From Halocafeteria seosinensis (lineage: Eukaryota): a DNA stretch of 64,000 nucleotides. Both the position numbers and the translations under genes were made by a program. The notes below the pieces were generated by a model that saw only the letters and a program-made list of their open reading frames with translations, searched no databases and was not told the DNA's origin. The stretch lies in assembly GCA_001687465.1 (NCBI GenBank), contig LVLI01000148.1:62001-126000 (forward strand), written 5' to 3'. Positions 26,610 to 38,105 of the stretch are shown one piece after another; position 1 is the first letter of the stretch, and each line of letters starts with the position of its first letter.

Positions 26610-29390
26610 ATGAATCATCCTCGAGGCGTTAACTCCAATGACTATCACAGCTCCTCAGCTCCACAGGAGGCCTCACCCTCGTCCCAAGGGGAGAATAACA
26701 GCACGCTCGTGAGTCCGTACGCCTCCATGCAGATGTCCGGTACGGAAAATGGCGGTGGAAACGCGTCTCCAACGGAGCACTGGCACCATTACCAGGGCGC
26801 TGAAGATGCATTTCTATCTGGGAACAATGGCCATGCAAACCTAGAAGGTGGTCGTCTGCCGCAGAGGCAAAAGCCTTGGGAGCATCGAACAACTCTGGAG
26901 TCAATCCTATCGAGACCGCCGCCCGTTCCGGAAGCGTCAGGAAGTGATGTCGATCCGGAAGCGCCGGCTCCAGGTCCGTATAGTCATCAGGACCCAGTGC
27001 GAGATTACCTCCGATGGGGAACCGAGAACGATGACCGGAGAAGCTCGGGTGGTACGAGCCATGATACTTCACCTCGTCAAGAGAGGTTAAGATCGGGATA
27101 CATGAGAGCTATGAACACTCCATTTAGCATGTCGAACGCTTCCAGCCGTGCTCAACAAACTCAGTCGGCCTCTGTTCCAACCCGCAGAAAGGACGGGAGG
27201 AATGACGCGAGGAACCAACAAAAAGGAACGAAAACCACAGCGGATGCGGAAGCCGAAGTAATGACTCAAGTAATACAGCAAGTTTCGAGGACATGGCGAA
27301 GGATCTCACTGTGGGTCATCTTCTGCGAACTGTCAAGTCCGAGCATCACACAGAGCTCAGATGTTGCTACGGAGTTCTCCTCTTTCTTGCAGCTAGCAGT
27401 CCACGTGCTGAATAGGAGGACATCTCCTACAGAATTTTCTTCCGGTATCCAAAAGATCCTCTCAGAAGAAAAGACAGAAGACAACTCTCAGCCTTTGGGC
27501 AGACGATATGGTGGTTACAGCCTTATCGATGCCCATTATATCGTGTCCTCCACCGCGATAGACAAACTAGGCTTGACCGATCACGACATATCTATGGTGC
27601 TCGGTTTATTGATGAGTGAGACGAATAAGATAGTCAAAAAACGCATGATCAAGGGCGCTCCTCGCAGTAAAAAGAAACAGTCTTCGGTGGAGGAAGAGGC
27701 TGATCGCTGGCTGGCGCAAGCGAACATGCTGTTTCAGGAGCTAGACGGTTGGCGATGCGGCTTACTCACGTTTGAGGATATTAATCTCTTGCTGCTCTCA
27801 CAAGCCGTTTTGCATCCGGCGTTTCGGATTCAATCGGCAGAGCACAAGACCTACACGTTGAGGCTAATGTATGGTGGATATTCTTTGGTTACGGGTTCCC
27901 CCCTTACAAAGGGAGAGTACGATCCATCCCAGTCAGACATGCCTGTTTATCCTGAAGCGTATCTACTGTCATCGTGGAGTCTCAAGACATGGCTATTTCG
28001 CTGTGGATTCACGACGACAAATTTATCGCATCTCACTACGTCAATAAGGAAACTTCAGAAGGAAGGAATCAGACTTTCGAACATCAATACCATCCTTCGA
28101 CCGTGGAGAAGGGCGACTGTGGAGTCTGCTTTAAGTTGCATCCGTGGCAGGGAAACTGCGGAAATTGAGCATGCCCTACAAGATATTGTGTATCACACCG
28201 TTTTCACTCCTCCTGCATTTGTATTTTGTGACGTAAACCTCCGCTCGCCTGGGAAACGATTTGCTAGTTCCATGGGCACTGTCATGGAGCTAACGGAAGC
28301 GTCTTCTGGAACGTTCGAGGCGTTGGTGGAAGTAGCATGCAAAATATCTGCAGAAGTTGAATCATCCGATCGGGTCCTCTTCGAGGACTGGTGCACTGCC
28401 TTCCTTCAGAAGACGCTCGGGTACCATCCCTCAGGTGAAGAAGAGAGGCAGGCTGGGGCAGCTACACCATTGAGTAGGAACTCTCCCTCTTCTTCGTCAA
28501 AGAGTCCTCAGGAAGTTGACATGTCTGCCAGTCACGTTTCCCAAGGACGCGTTTCGTCTTCACAGGAGCATGCAAATGGAGCAAGTTCGGGACTGGAGGA
28601 GCATAGAGCACAAATTGCTCAACTTGGAAACGACGCCGCTCTCGCTCATGCCAGTCATCATGAAGACCCAATGAAGCAGCAGATTTCCTCGGCTTCGCAG
28701 AAGCTAGCAACGTTGTGTGATGCTCTTTTGTTAGCCGACGACGACACTAGGGACTCACTAATGCAGGAACTTCGCGAATGTCGAAACTCATATTTTGGAA
28801 CTGTTCTTTCATATGTTGGTGGAGGCGCCGCCACCATTGGAGACGAAAACCGAAAACTTCTTGAAGCGTCGAGAGAAGGGACAGGGCAAAATAACTCGGC
28901 GCCATTTGTTTCCTCTGCTACATCCACGACTACGGCCGAGGCAACCGACGGTGGAAGAAGAAAGAGCAAACGGGAGGAGACTGGAAAGCAAATGCGTACA
29001 GCCTCTGTAGAAAGCCAGGAGTTCTATCGAGCCGAACCTGCGACCATAGTCGCGCAGTCGACAAATGAACCACCACTGCAAGGCTTTTCCCAACGAAACC
29101 CCGCCCCGCCGTTAGGGGAGGTAGTCCGTCGGTTCGGTCGAAAACAAACAAAAGAAGGGCATTCAAAAAACGCTGATTCGAGAAGAAGACGTGTATCTGA
29201 AGGTCGACAAAAGAAAACCAACGCCGGGTCGAAGCCAGTCAAGGTGCCTACTGCCATTGCTCGATCAAACGTAGAGTCAACAGAGAGCTCCAACCGAAGT
29301 GAAGAGAAAAATGAGAGGTTCGCAGCTCCGACAGCTTCGTCTAGGGCAAAGAAAAACAGTAAGAAAATGAAAGCGAAGAAGAGAGCATAA
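26610..29390 (+). CDS. Hypothetical protein, 926 aa, with disordered termini
   Basis: Long uninterrupted ORF with an ATG start. No family was recognised. Confidence 0.75.
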   Translation: MNHPRGVNSNDYHSSSAPQEASPSSQGENNSTLVSPYASMQMSGTENGGGNASPTEHWHHYQGAEDAFLSGNNGHANLEGGRLPQRQKPWEHRTTLESILSRPPPVPEASGSDVDPEAPAPGPYSHQDPVRDYLRWGTENDDRRSSGGTSHDTSPRQERLRSGYMRAMNTPFSMSNASSRAQQTQSASVPTRRKDGRNDARNQQKGTKTTADAEAEVMTQVIQQVSRTWRRISLWVIFCELSSPSITQSSDVATEFSSFLQLAVHVLNRRTSPTEFSSGIQKILSEEKTEDNSQPLGRRYGGYSLIDAHYIVSSTAIDKLGLTDHDISMVLGLLMSETNKIVKKRMIKGAPRSKKKQSSVEEEADRWLAQANMLFQELDGWRCGLLTFEDINLLLLSQAVLHPAFRIQSAEHKTYTLRLMYGGYSLVTGSPLTKGEYDPSQSDMPVYPEAYLLSSWSLKTWLFRCGFTTTNLSHLTTSIRKLQKEGIRLSNINTILRPWRRATVESALSCIRGRETAEIEHALQDIVYHTVFTPPAFVFCDVNLRSPGKRFASSMGTVMELTEASSGTFEALVEVACKISAEVESSDRVLFEDWCTAFLQKTLGYHPSGEEERQAGAATPLSRNSPSSSSKSPQEVDMSASHVSQGRVSSSQEHANGASSGLEEHRAQIAQLGNDAALAHASHHEDPMKQQISSASQKLATLCDALLLADDDTRDSLMQELRECRNSYFGTVLSYVGGGAATIGDENRKLLEASREGTGQNNSAPFVSSATSTTTAEATDGGRRKSKREETGKQMRTASVESQEFYRAEPATIVAQSTNEPPLQGFSQRNPAPPLGEVVRRFGRKQTKEGHSKNADSRRRRVSEGRQKKTNAGSKPVKVPTAIARSNVESTESSNRSEEKNERFAAPTASSRAKKNSKKMKAKKRA

Positions 29391-29822
29391 GAGAAATATA
29401 ATAATAAATAAACCTTTAATGTGCACTTCTGGGTTGTTTGTGTTATATTGTAACCGGGAATGGAGTCTGGACCGTGTTGATTCATTATACTCCGTTCGGG
29501 ATCTCTTTTTAGCGCACTTCTGCTGCGTCTTACATCGTCCATTGGGACAGACCACTTGGAAATTGTGGAACAGCCGCGTCTCCACGATTCTCCTCCTTCA
29601 GGGAAGTGTCATCCCCTTCGATACCAAACCAACACAGAGTGCCCCCTTCAGCAGAAACTCGCTTTGGCGGAAGCCTGCTGGGCGCACAACGTTCGCATCC
29701 AGGATATCCATTCGGGCAACTTTGGTTAGGGGTCACAGCTGTCCGCGGCAGCAAGACGTTCAACAAGGAATGGTGTGCAACCGCGCGACTCGAAGTCACT
29801 TAGTCAAGGTATCAGCTCATAC

Positions 29823-30868
29823 CTATCCAGGAGGAACAACTTTAATCAAGAAATATGTTGCAATCCACACGCAAGAAATAGTTAATAAAAGGGCACATGT
29901 TCCTCCAAACGTTTGTGTACTACCAGATAGCTGGAGAGCTAACTCTGCCCTTCGCTTCCTCACAGAGTCAATGTTGGTGTCAGCCGCACTAGAAGCACTC
30001 TCTAGAAGCTGCAGTATCAACGTAGTCAATACCATGAGTCTGGGAACGGTACATCTTAATACTTCACTAACCTCATTATCACGTCTGATCCTTTCTCCCA
30101 GGCTCTCACTAGCTTCCTTCAAAGAGTCTGTCATACTCACTAGTTCTGTCGTAAGCATGGCATTTTCATCATGCATAGACTTCAATGCTTTTTCCTCTAC
30201 AATATTGTGCTGTGGGTGACGTAGCTGTTGGTCCGACGAAAACAGTCGTCTTCGCATCTGTCGCCGCGAGGGTGCCTCAGTGCCTCCCTTGGTTGATCGA
30301 ATTTTCGTCCTCTCGAAGTATTGATCTATCATGTGTGCACCATTGTCGCTGCTTGCTTTTGAAGAGCTCAGTAAGTTGCTGTTGCCCACATCAAACTCCT
30401 TTCGGAGAGACATTTGCTTATGGTATAAGTCTAGCATAGTGTCAAGTTCTTCCACCAGTCTCGTTTCGCTTTCGATCGAAGCTTGCTGAACCACCGTGCG
30501 AACATCGTCTTCCATCTGCCGTTTCGTTCCATTTTTTGCAGGAGCATTGGGAGTTCGATCCCTGCACAGAAACTGTCGATACTGCGTTTGCCTGCAAGAG
30601 CGTTGCATGCTACACCACATACCAGGAATTCTCCATGCTAGATAAATCAGCTATCTCGGCGTTTGGATATTTGTCCACGATCTGGCATACTTTTTCTCCG
30701 ATACTGCGAGTGCTCGAATATATCCCCCATTCCGAATTGGAAACTTTCCACTGAGTATCGAGCACTTCCATCCTTTCGGATTGCGCCTGTTTGAGAACCT
30801 CAATGTACGATCGCAATTGTCCAACACAGTCTCCAACGACGAAGAGCAGAGCTATACGCGATTGCATT
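29823..30868 (-). CDS. USE1-like Qc-SNARE (tail-anchored); multi-exon, start uncertain
   Basis: SNARE-like heptad LTTELVSMTDSLKEASESLGERIRRDNE|LLESASSAADTNIDSV followed by a C-terminal TM (CALLLTISCVWIATYFLIKVVP). An intron joins ORF 30610-31035 to ORF 29823-30620. Confidence 0.65.
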
Positions 30869-30899
30869 TCTTCGATCCACCAACACATTCTTAAATATT

Positions 30900-31689
30900 C
30901 GTGAAACGTTGTCCCTACCTCATTCGGTGAAACGCTGCGTCGTGGATGATTTGGCGGCATTTCTTCTGATGGGTTAGTTCGTCCGTCCCGTTCCTGGTTT
31001 GGGAAATGTTGCATCTTAATGGGTAAAACGACCAAAAACAGCAGTTTTGAAAAGACTCCCTACCTCGGGAATGAATACTGTTCCTCCATATCGCTCATGA
31101 AGTTCTTCTTTAAATTTGTCCAAAGCCTCATGAAGCTTGGTAATGCCCTGCAGCACAAAACAAAAACAGAGTCCATACACTGATACAGTTAGCTCGCTGG
31201 AGGGGCGAGATAACATACTAGGGTCAATCGCTGGAAGGCAAGCTGTATGGATTCTGATTCACCTATGTACAGTGCAGGGTGTTTCAGCTGTAAAATATCT
31301 TCAGGAGACGCGTTCTTTTCCGAGGGCGGTCGTTCAATATGACGCTGGTATTGGGTCATTCCAAACGCATGCACCGTCATCGCACTTATATCCGTAAATG
31401 CCTCTGCCACTTGGGCGTGTTTGCTCGGATCATCTTTATCATACAGCTCTAATACACTCTCCACAGTCCTGGGTTCCAAGGCCTCTCGGAACTCCTCCTT
31501 GAGGGAATCTTTGTAGCTCCCATTTTCATTATGTTTTTTCAACTCAGCGTCGAACTGGGGAAGAACGAAACATGCGGCACTTATGTATCCGAGTGGATGT
31601 CCACATAAACGGAGAATAAGCTGTGTTAAACGATGTAGGCGTCGTATCACAATGGGCTCAGAAGGCCCAAAAGGTTTACCACTGTCCAT
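30900..31689 (-). CDS. Hypothetical protein; multi-exon, 3' end approximate, may join the USE1-like gene
   Basis: ATG ORF 31189-31689 plus the exon GITKLHEALDKFKEELHERYGG flanked by AG/GT splice sites. Confidence 0.5.
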
Positions 31690-31831
31690 TTCCCTCTGTG
31701 TTCAGTACCCATACATCAGAACACGTACTACATACTACCATATTTACGAAGAATTGTGGAATATCAATCATGCATAATGCTTTATAACTACTATAAGGTT
31801 GTGAAGTTGGGAAGCCGTGAAGCTGAACTTT

Positions 31832-34330
31832 TCAACTTGGGAAGTCTGAACCGTGCGTTCGCTGAAACACCTGTTTCGCCTCATTCCAAGCACTCTCTGA
31901 GTTTTGAACTGCTCGATAGGCAGTATCAATAGCTTGATCCATTGTTTCGGCAGATGTCGATCGGCACGCTGAGCACAGGGCTTCCGCTGCCCATGCTCTT
32001 GCAGAGGCAGCGGAACTTAAAGAATGTACCATGCTTAACTGTTCCGCTTTCGCTAAGTGGGACGTGTCGTCCCTTGAAACATTACCATAGTATCCACATT
32101 TACTTTTGAAGAATGAAGGAGACATGTGTTTGTCTGAACGAATGGCCTCTTCTTCAGCTGTTTCAGAGTCTTCGGGAGTGCTTAGTTTAAGCGACCACAA
32201 TAAGATCGCTGTTTCATCATCTTCCGCGGGGTTGTTCAAGTTAACACCAAATAACGGCGACCGGACGCTGCGAAAGGAAGAAAGGCTAGCCAGCATATCT
32301 CATAGAGAGATGCATACAGAGGTAAAAGACGATTGCATACCTTTTCTTTGTTTGTATGACGACATGCGTAGGTTTCTTAGAACCAACTCCCAGGCCTAAT
32401 AGCGTGCAATGGTTGGGTAACTTCTGCACGGGAACACCATTGTAACTCTTATTTATCAAGTAATACTGCCAAAGCATAGCCTTACAGAAACAGCAAACTT
32501 TTCAAATAGCGGACGTCTCTCAGAGGTTCTGAGTAAGACAGAGGCTACGTTCTTGGCATCTCCGACGATAACATGATTGCCAAAAACAGACAGCGCTTTC
32601 GGATGGCGAATTTGAAAAGGGAGACGTACGCAAGATTCGATGCTTAGAAATGAGCTTTCACGAGAAGGCAGCCGGAGTACGATTGCTCGCGCATCCCTGC
32701 ATCGGTTACGTTCTTCCTCTCTTTGCTGCGCACCTTTGATATCAAAAAGCTGTGAAATGGCACTATCCTCACTAGATGGGGTAGCCTGGGGACTAACAAC
32801 GGCTGATTGATTTATCGAGGCTCCAGGGTGTTCCAGAGTTCCTTTGTTAGCTTCATGTTCGTCACCGGTGTGACGCCGAGATTCATTAATGGCCATGTTC
32901 AGAGACTGCCCGGGGCCTCGAAGGGAACTTTTGACCGCCGAAAAGTCTAAAATCGCTTCTGTAATGACCAGCAAGAACGTTTCTTTTTGTAGTCGGATAG
33001 GTGTGCAGAGAACAGCATCTCCAATGATAGAGTTGGAAGTCTCAACGCTGTCCGTCAGTAAGGACCGATGATACATATGAGAGCGCAAGGATGGTAGTTC
33101 CCAAGATAGAGTATGGACCTCCTTAGAAAAACAACTGCGCTACATATATTCAAACCGAAATAAGTGTTGCTCAGCCCCATAGGAACTAAAGCACTCACAG
33201 TATCATCTCCAATCTATCGTTCCTGCAATGGACATAGAAATCCTGCACGAGACTGGAAGTGTGCAATACCCTCAAGTACCGCACGCTCCTTTCGACCACA
33301 TCGATGCTGAGTAAACTCAGTCTCGAGTGTTGTTGTATCTGCAAAGATGTGCGATAGATGACGATCGCACAGAGATTGCCTCTGATGTGACAAACTCACG
33401 TACACACAGGTATAGTTGTCTGGCTGTCTCCGACCAACAGCAGAATACTGATTTAAAACTTTGACTTGCAGAATCTTGCACCTGTGATTCCTCCTCAGGA
33501 AAGACCTGGTCTTCATACGAACCATGCAAAACGTCGTCTTGCTTAAGTTTTTGGATTATCTGGAGCGAAGCCGCTTTAGCGCTAGAATCCAACAAAGCGA
33601 GAACTACGTATATACATGTCCCAGTGGCCGCTGTAACTACAGAACCAGCTTTGACATCCCCTTGCCCTTGCTGATCAATATCCATTCGTTTACTCGGAAC
33701 ATCGCGCAAATGGATGCGCTGACAAACGTGCTTGGGCAGTTTTGCGCAATCTAAGTGTCGTACAGAGTCTTCCTCAGGTAGCTCGCAAGTTGCCATCTCG
33801 CGGAACTGCTCGCTAAAATGGTCCAAGAAACCAACTTGGATTACATTTCCCAGTGAACGAATGATCATGTTACCCCCACTGTCGTAGCCTGTAATGCAGA
33901 TTAAGCGAGTAAGGCTATGATCAGCAGCACCAAGTACGGGAGCCGGGCGACGTACAAAGACAATTCCCGCGAACGTGGGGATCCAAATCGACAGCTATTG
34001 AGTCGGCTAGTGTCATGTTGGTATTTCCATCTTGCACCTCTGGCGACGCTCTCAAAGGCGCCCCTTGATCTTCATTAGTAACTTCGGTTCTTCCGCTGGC
34101 AGCCCGTGAACCGGAGTCTGTCTTTGCGTTCAGACTTTCTTGGCCAAGTTCGCCATTTTGTTTTCCCTCTTCTGCTTCACCAGCAAACAATGAATGACTG
34201 TATTCACCGTTATGGGCACGGTCTGCTCTGGTTTGTTCCAGAATATAGGCTCGACTTTCCTCCAGTCCCTTGGTTTCCAAGGCGCTTGTGAGGTCCATCC
34301 TTGCTTATACTCTATCCAAGACAAGTGTCG
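31832..34330 (-). CDS. Hypothetical multi-exon protein; 5' end uncertain
   Basis: Collinear minus-strand ORFs 33921-34298, 33317-33868, 32456-33088 and 31832-32296 are separated by intron-sized gaps. Confidence 0.55.
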
Positions 34331-34894
34331 ACCAGGTCACTACAAAGGAGTGTATGAAAATACATTGACAATACTCAAATCATGGAAACGCGACCTGGAA
34401 TGGCTTGTATATTGCCGTGGAATCACAAAACTGTTGTGAAGTTGCCGTCTGACACTATCACTCAATGCATCAGAACTCCCCTGAGAGCGCGCGAATAACA
34501 AAAGCCGCGACTAAACTGGGTTCATTCAAATACGGTCCAAGGACGTGTGCCACAAAACAGATCGTGTGGCAATCGTGCAATCATTAAGGTTAACAAGTTG
34601 AAGTTGGACCCAACAAACATTTCGCCCCGTGGAATCCGGCGTGGATCGCCAGAACGATCTCCTCATCAGTGCCAATGAGGAGCGGATTGACGTGATATCT
34701 CAATTTCAAAGAACGGCCGAAATATGATAGAAAATTAAGAGAGGCTGTGAGTAAACACAAAACAGCAGCCACTATAGCCGGTGTTGGCTCAGAGGATATA
34801 TCCGGTAAGCCAGTTTGTGAACCCACAAGTCGCCGGATCTTTTGTTGGATAGCACGAGGAGTTCTGGGTATGATATTCCAGGTATTCACGCGCT

Positions 34895-35464
34895 ATGTTT
34901 GATTTTCACACGTGGCTGAATCTCCCGCCGTGGAAACCTGCGTTCAAGCCGCCAGATACGATATGTCCACATTGCGACCTCGGCGGTACGTTGGACTCAA
35001 CCTGCTGCAAGGAGTGCAAAACAGAGCCGACCCTAACCCAGAAACCCGACACACATCAAGGAGGAAGAAGGCTAAGCTACGCTGAGTCTTTGCACAAATC
35101 CGCGTCAGAATATTCATCTGCCAGGAGAAGAAGCAGAACACGAACAGCAAAGCGATGTCACAGGAAGAGCGTATCCCCTGGCACACAGAATAGACTCAAC
35201 ATTGCGCAACGATTCGGAAAAGACGAGCTTCAGCGCCGTTCACAGTTAGAAAGAGCTGCAAATTCTGCAAGGTGGGATGAAGAGAAATTTGAGCAGATAT
35301 TCACTCCCAAGGGGGCGAGTGATACTCGAGATCGGGGATTTAGCAAATCTCCGTACGATGGCAAGCAACAAAGAACGCACTCGTTCAGAATCAAATACGG
35401 AGGCATGTTTGACATATATCCTGACTTTACGGGTCCAAAAGGAGACGAAGCAGGTATCGAATAG
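34895..35464 (+). CDS. Hypothetical protein, 189 aa, with CxxC motifs near the N-terminus
   Basis: ATG ORF with CPHC and CKEC motifs. Its stop lies 3 bp from the stop of the convergent gene. Confidence 0.5.
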   Translation: MFDFHTWLNLPPWKPAFKPPDTICPHCDLGGTLDSTCCKECKTEPTLTQKPDTHQGGRRLSYAESLHKSASEYSSARRRSRTRTAKRCHRKSVSPGTQNRLNIAQRFGKDELQRRSQLERAANSARWDEEKFEQIFTPKGASDTRDRGFSKSPYDGKQQRTHSFRIKYGGMFDIYPDFTGPKGDEAGIE

Positions 35465-35467
35465 GAA

Positions 35468-37003
35468 CTAGCTCTTGTACCCTTGTGCAAGCCATCTTCG
35501 TATTGTCTTGGCTTCGCAGTCGGTAAACTCATGGTAGGCGCAAGTAGCATGCATTACTTCCACAAGCATATCGACAACTTGATTTTTCGTAAATGGTTTT
35601 AACTCTGGGTCACCTTTCTTACATGACACACTCTTATCCCATGAGTCCCAATGCTTATCGACTATGGACCGTAGCGGCCCCGACATGTCCACCTTTCTGC
35701 TGTTCACCAGCCACATATTGTTCTCATCGATATATTTCCTGTCCTTCAAGAGCGAAATGACTTCGGTTTTTGCTTCGTAAGGCATGCCAAGAATCATATA
35801 GAAGGAGCTTTCTTCAATTCTTGTGGAAGGGCACTCAACCTGTTCCACGTTAACACCCACCCCTGATAAGTCATTTACTTGCTGCTTGATCTCATAAGCC
35901 GCAGCCTGGTCGTTCGGCATGTGTACGAACATGACATCAGGAAATCCTCGCGGCCAGAATCGCTCCACCTCCATGTGCTGTGCACACGACTCCATTACCG
36001 TGACGACATCCGAATGCATGGGAGAAATATATATCACGGCTTTATCTAGATGAACGTCATCCAAAACATACGGTTGCATCAGTACCGAAGTAAATGCACC
36101 TCCACTGCTTGCTCCCATAGCATTCCATTTAACATGATGAAGGAGCGGCGATGCATTAAGCAGTGAGCGTACAACAGAACGCACCATCCTCACGTCAGCG
36201 CTGTGTTCAATCAGGTGTCGGTTGGCTCGCTCGATCCTGTCAACATCGCAGGACACGTCCATCGGTTCACTAGAAAGCTCCCATCCGGTGAAAATTTGCC
36301 AGCATCTGTCTCCATCAGGTTCTTGTCTAGCAGACGTTGAGGTTAGCGCGATTACGGCAAAGCCAGCCTTGTGAAGATGTACAACTACTTGCCTTTCTTC
36401 GGGACCTAGGTTCCACCTATCGCCGAAATGGCTGCATCCGTGAAACAGCAACACGATACCTTTCAAACGGCTGTTCCCGCCAACAGGAAGTGTGCTATCC
36501 AGCAACCACCGGCTGATATAAAAGTTGTACTTCTGACTGTTTGATACCTCAACCAGTAAATCGCAGTCATCGTGGCTCCCGGGGGGGATTTCCTGCAGCT
36601 CAGCTTTCTCGGTGCTTTGCGAGTGACTGTTTCCACGCCGCAAAAACAGGTGTTTTGTACTGGGATCCTGGTTAGTTCGAAGTATGTTTTCCCTCACTTG
36701 ATTTTTTACCATTGCCCGACTGGGAATAAAGTCCCTAAAAAGCTCATCTTTGCTGATATTCACGGTTCTTACTACCCATAGCACGGCTATGCCCAATGTC
36801 AGCAGAAAAATGGTTAACGCCACAGTATTGAGGACCCCAAACGACTGGTTACCACCGAGGCGAACATTGCTCGAACTGCTACTCCCACCAGACACACCTA
36901 ATTTGGACAAAAAAGGCGTACTTGACACCGAGGAGCTGGAGGAAGCTTTTTCTTCTTCCTCCTCCCCACGCCCAGCGCTGCTAGTTTGACGTCGGTTCAA
37001 CAT
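35468..37003 (-). CDS. Type II membrane-anchored alpha/beta-hydrolase-fold protein
   Basis: N-terminal TM, GIVLLFHGCSH, GxSxG nucleophile elbow (GASSGG), FVHMPND (Asp) and YHEF (His). Confidence 0.8.
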   Translation of the reverse strand: MLNRRQTSSAGRGEEEEEKASSSSSVSSTPFLSKLGVSGGSSSSSNVRLGGNQSFGVLNTVALTIFLLTLGIAVLWVVRTVNISKDELFRDFIPSRAMVKNQVRENILRTNQDPSTKHLFLRRGNSHSQSTEKAELQEIPPGSHDDCDLLVEVSNSQKYNFYISRWLLDSTLPVGGNSRLKGIVLLFHGCSHFGDRWNLGPEERQVVVHLHKAGFAVIALTSTSARQEPDGDRCWQIFTGWELSSEPMDVSCDVDRIERANRHLIEHSADVRMVRSVVRSLLNASPLLHHVKWNAMGASSGGAFTSVLMQPYVLDDVHLDKAVIYISPMHSDVVTVMESCAQHMEVERFWPRGFPDVMFVHMPNDQAAAYEIKQQVNDLSGVGVNVEQVECPSTRIEESSFYMILGMPYEAKTEVISLLKDRKYIDENNMWLVNSRKVDMSGPLRSIVDKHWDSWDKSVSCKKGDPELKPFTKNQVVDMLVEVMHATCAYHEFTDCEAKTIRRWLAQGYKS

Positions 37004-37417
37004 TCGGTAGCACGCTCGCTGTTGCTTCTCTCTTCAATTTTTCGAAGTTTTTCGTTCACTCCTTCAAAACCGACTGCATGTGTAACTGTATTGCACGTAG
37101 CGCTGCCAGCCTGCAAAACCTTGTCAACGGTCGCCAACTTCAAATTGGCGAGAACCCAGAACTTCGTTGCGCTGGCAGGGGAGGACTATTTATAAGTGAT
37201 CGGAATAGAAATGCATGCTATTCTGCCATATTTAGGGCACATAAGTGGAAATGTCTACTGGCATATATTTTCATGCGTGTGGGGTGGTGGAATCATTCCA
37301 CTGTTTCTTGTGGGTTTCAAACCATAAGCACAACATTCATACCAGAACAATCGTGGCGTTCTAAGCGAGGGAAGCTACACCGGGATGAATAATTCCGGCA
37401 TTCTTTGCCTGTGTATG

Positions 37418-37440
37418 CGGTAGGAGCAATACCAATACAC
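37418..37440 (+). repeat. 23-bp dispersed repeat, identical to 48601-48623
   Basis: CGGTAGGAGCAATACCAATACAC occurs at both sites. Confidence 0.85.
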
Positions 37441-37508
37441 ACTCTACAATAGCTCTGTCGCTGGCAAGCGACTCTGCCAATACAGTATACCCTGGGGTAC
37501 TGTATCAA

Positions 37509-37652
37509 CCTGATTCCCGTTCAATCTCATCGGATTCCCACGACTCACCTTGGACTATACACACATATATGTGACTACACTCAGTACGCCAGTGTATCAG
37601 TGTGTGTGTGTGTGTCATCCTGATTCCCGTTTAATCTCGTTGGATTCCCACG
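37509..37652 (+). repeat. Two ~34-bp direct repeats 110 bp apart, with a (TG)n microsatellite between them
   Basis: CCTGATTCCCGTTCAATCTCATCGGATTCCCACG (37509-37542) versus CCTGATTCCCGTTTAATCTCGTTGGATTCCCACG (37619-37652), 3 mismatches. The TG run is at about 37600-37615. Confidence 0.85.
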
Positions 37653-38105
37653 TGTATTTAGGCCCGTGACCGGAATCTCCCGGGACTAGAGCCGGCCCAA
37701 CGGCTCCAGGGCGGCGGGGAGCCTCTTTCTTGACCAAGTTATTTGCAGCTCCGGTGCTCCATAATTTATCATAAAGCGACTTCATTCAGGTTTGACCGTG
37801 CTGTGTTGATTTCAGAATGTGTACAAGACTTTGACAACCGAAAGAGTGTGTGTACGAGAGTGGAGCTACCTCGACGAACACCGTTGCGGCGTACTTTTAC
37901 CCAGGGTTTCTTATTGAAGATCTTCGACAACCGTAAGTGCCCTTTGTGCACCCTTATGCTGTCTTCAGCTGGTCTTTTCAGGTGTACCGTGCATTCTTTT
38001 ATGCCATCGGACTTCGAGGAGTCGTATGGCTGTATGATTCACCCCGTGCTTTTGATTCCTTTGACAGTGAATGTTCAACGGGACGGAAGTTTAGCCGCGC
38101 TTACA

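Noticed and set aside
27725..27790. EF-hand-like FQELDGWRCGLLTFEDI in the 926-aa protein
   Set aside because: It is a single degenerate loop lacking key ligands, which is insufficient for a call.
29419..30219. 266-aa plus-strand ORF
   Set aside because: It is largely antisense to the USE1-like gene and has no recognisable motif.
37743..38105. N-terminal 121 codons of the 1663-aa ORF
   Set aside because: They start at TTG and look non-coding; the first ATG is at 38106.
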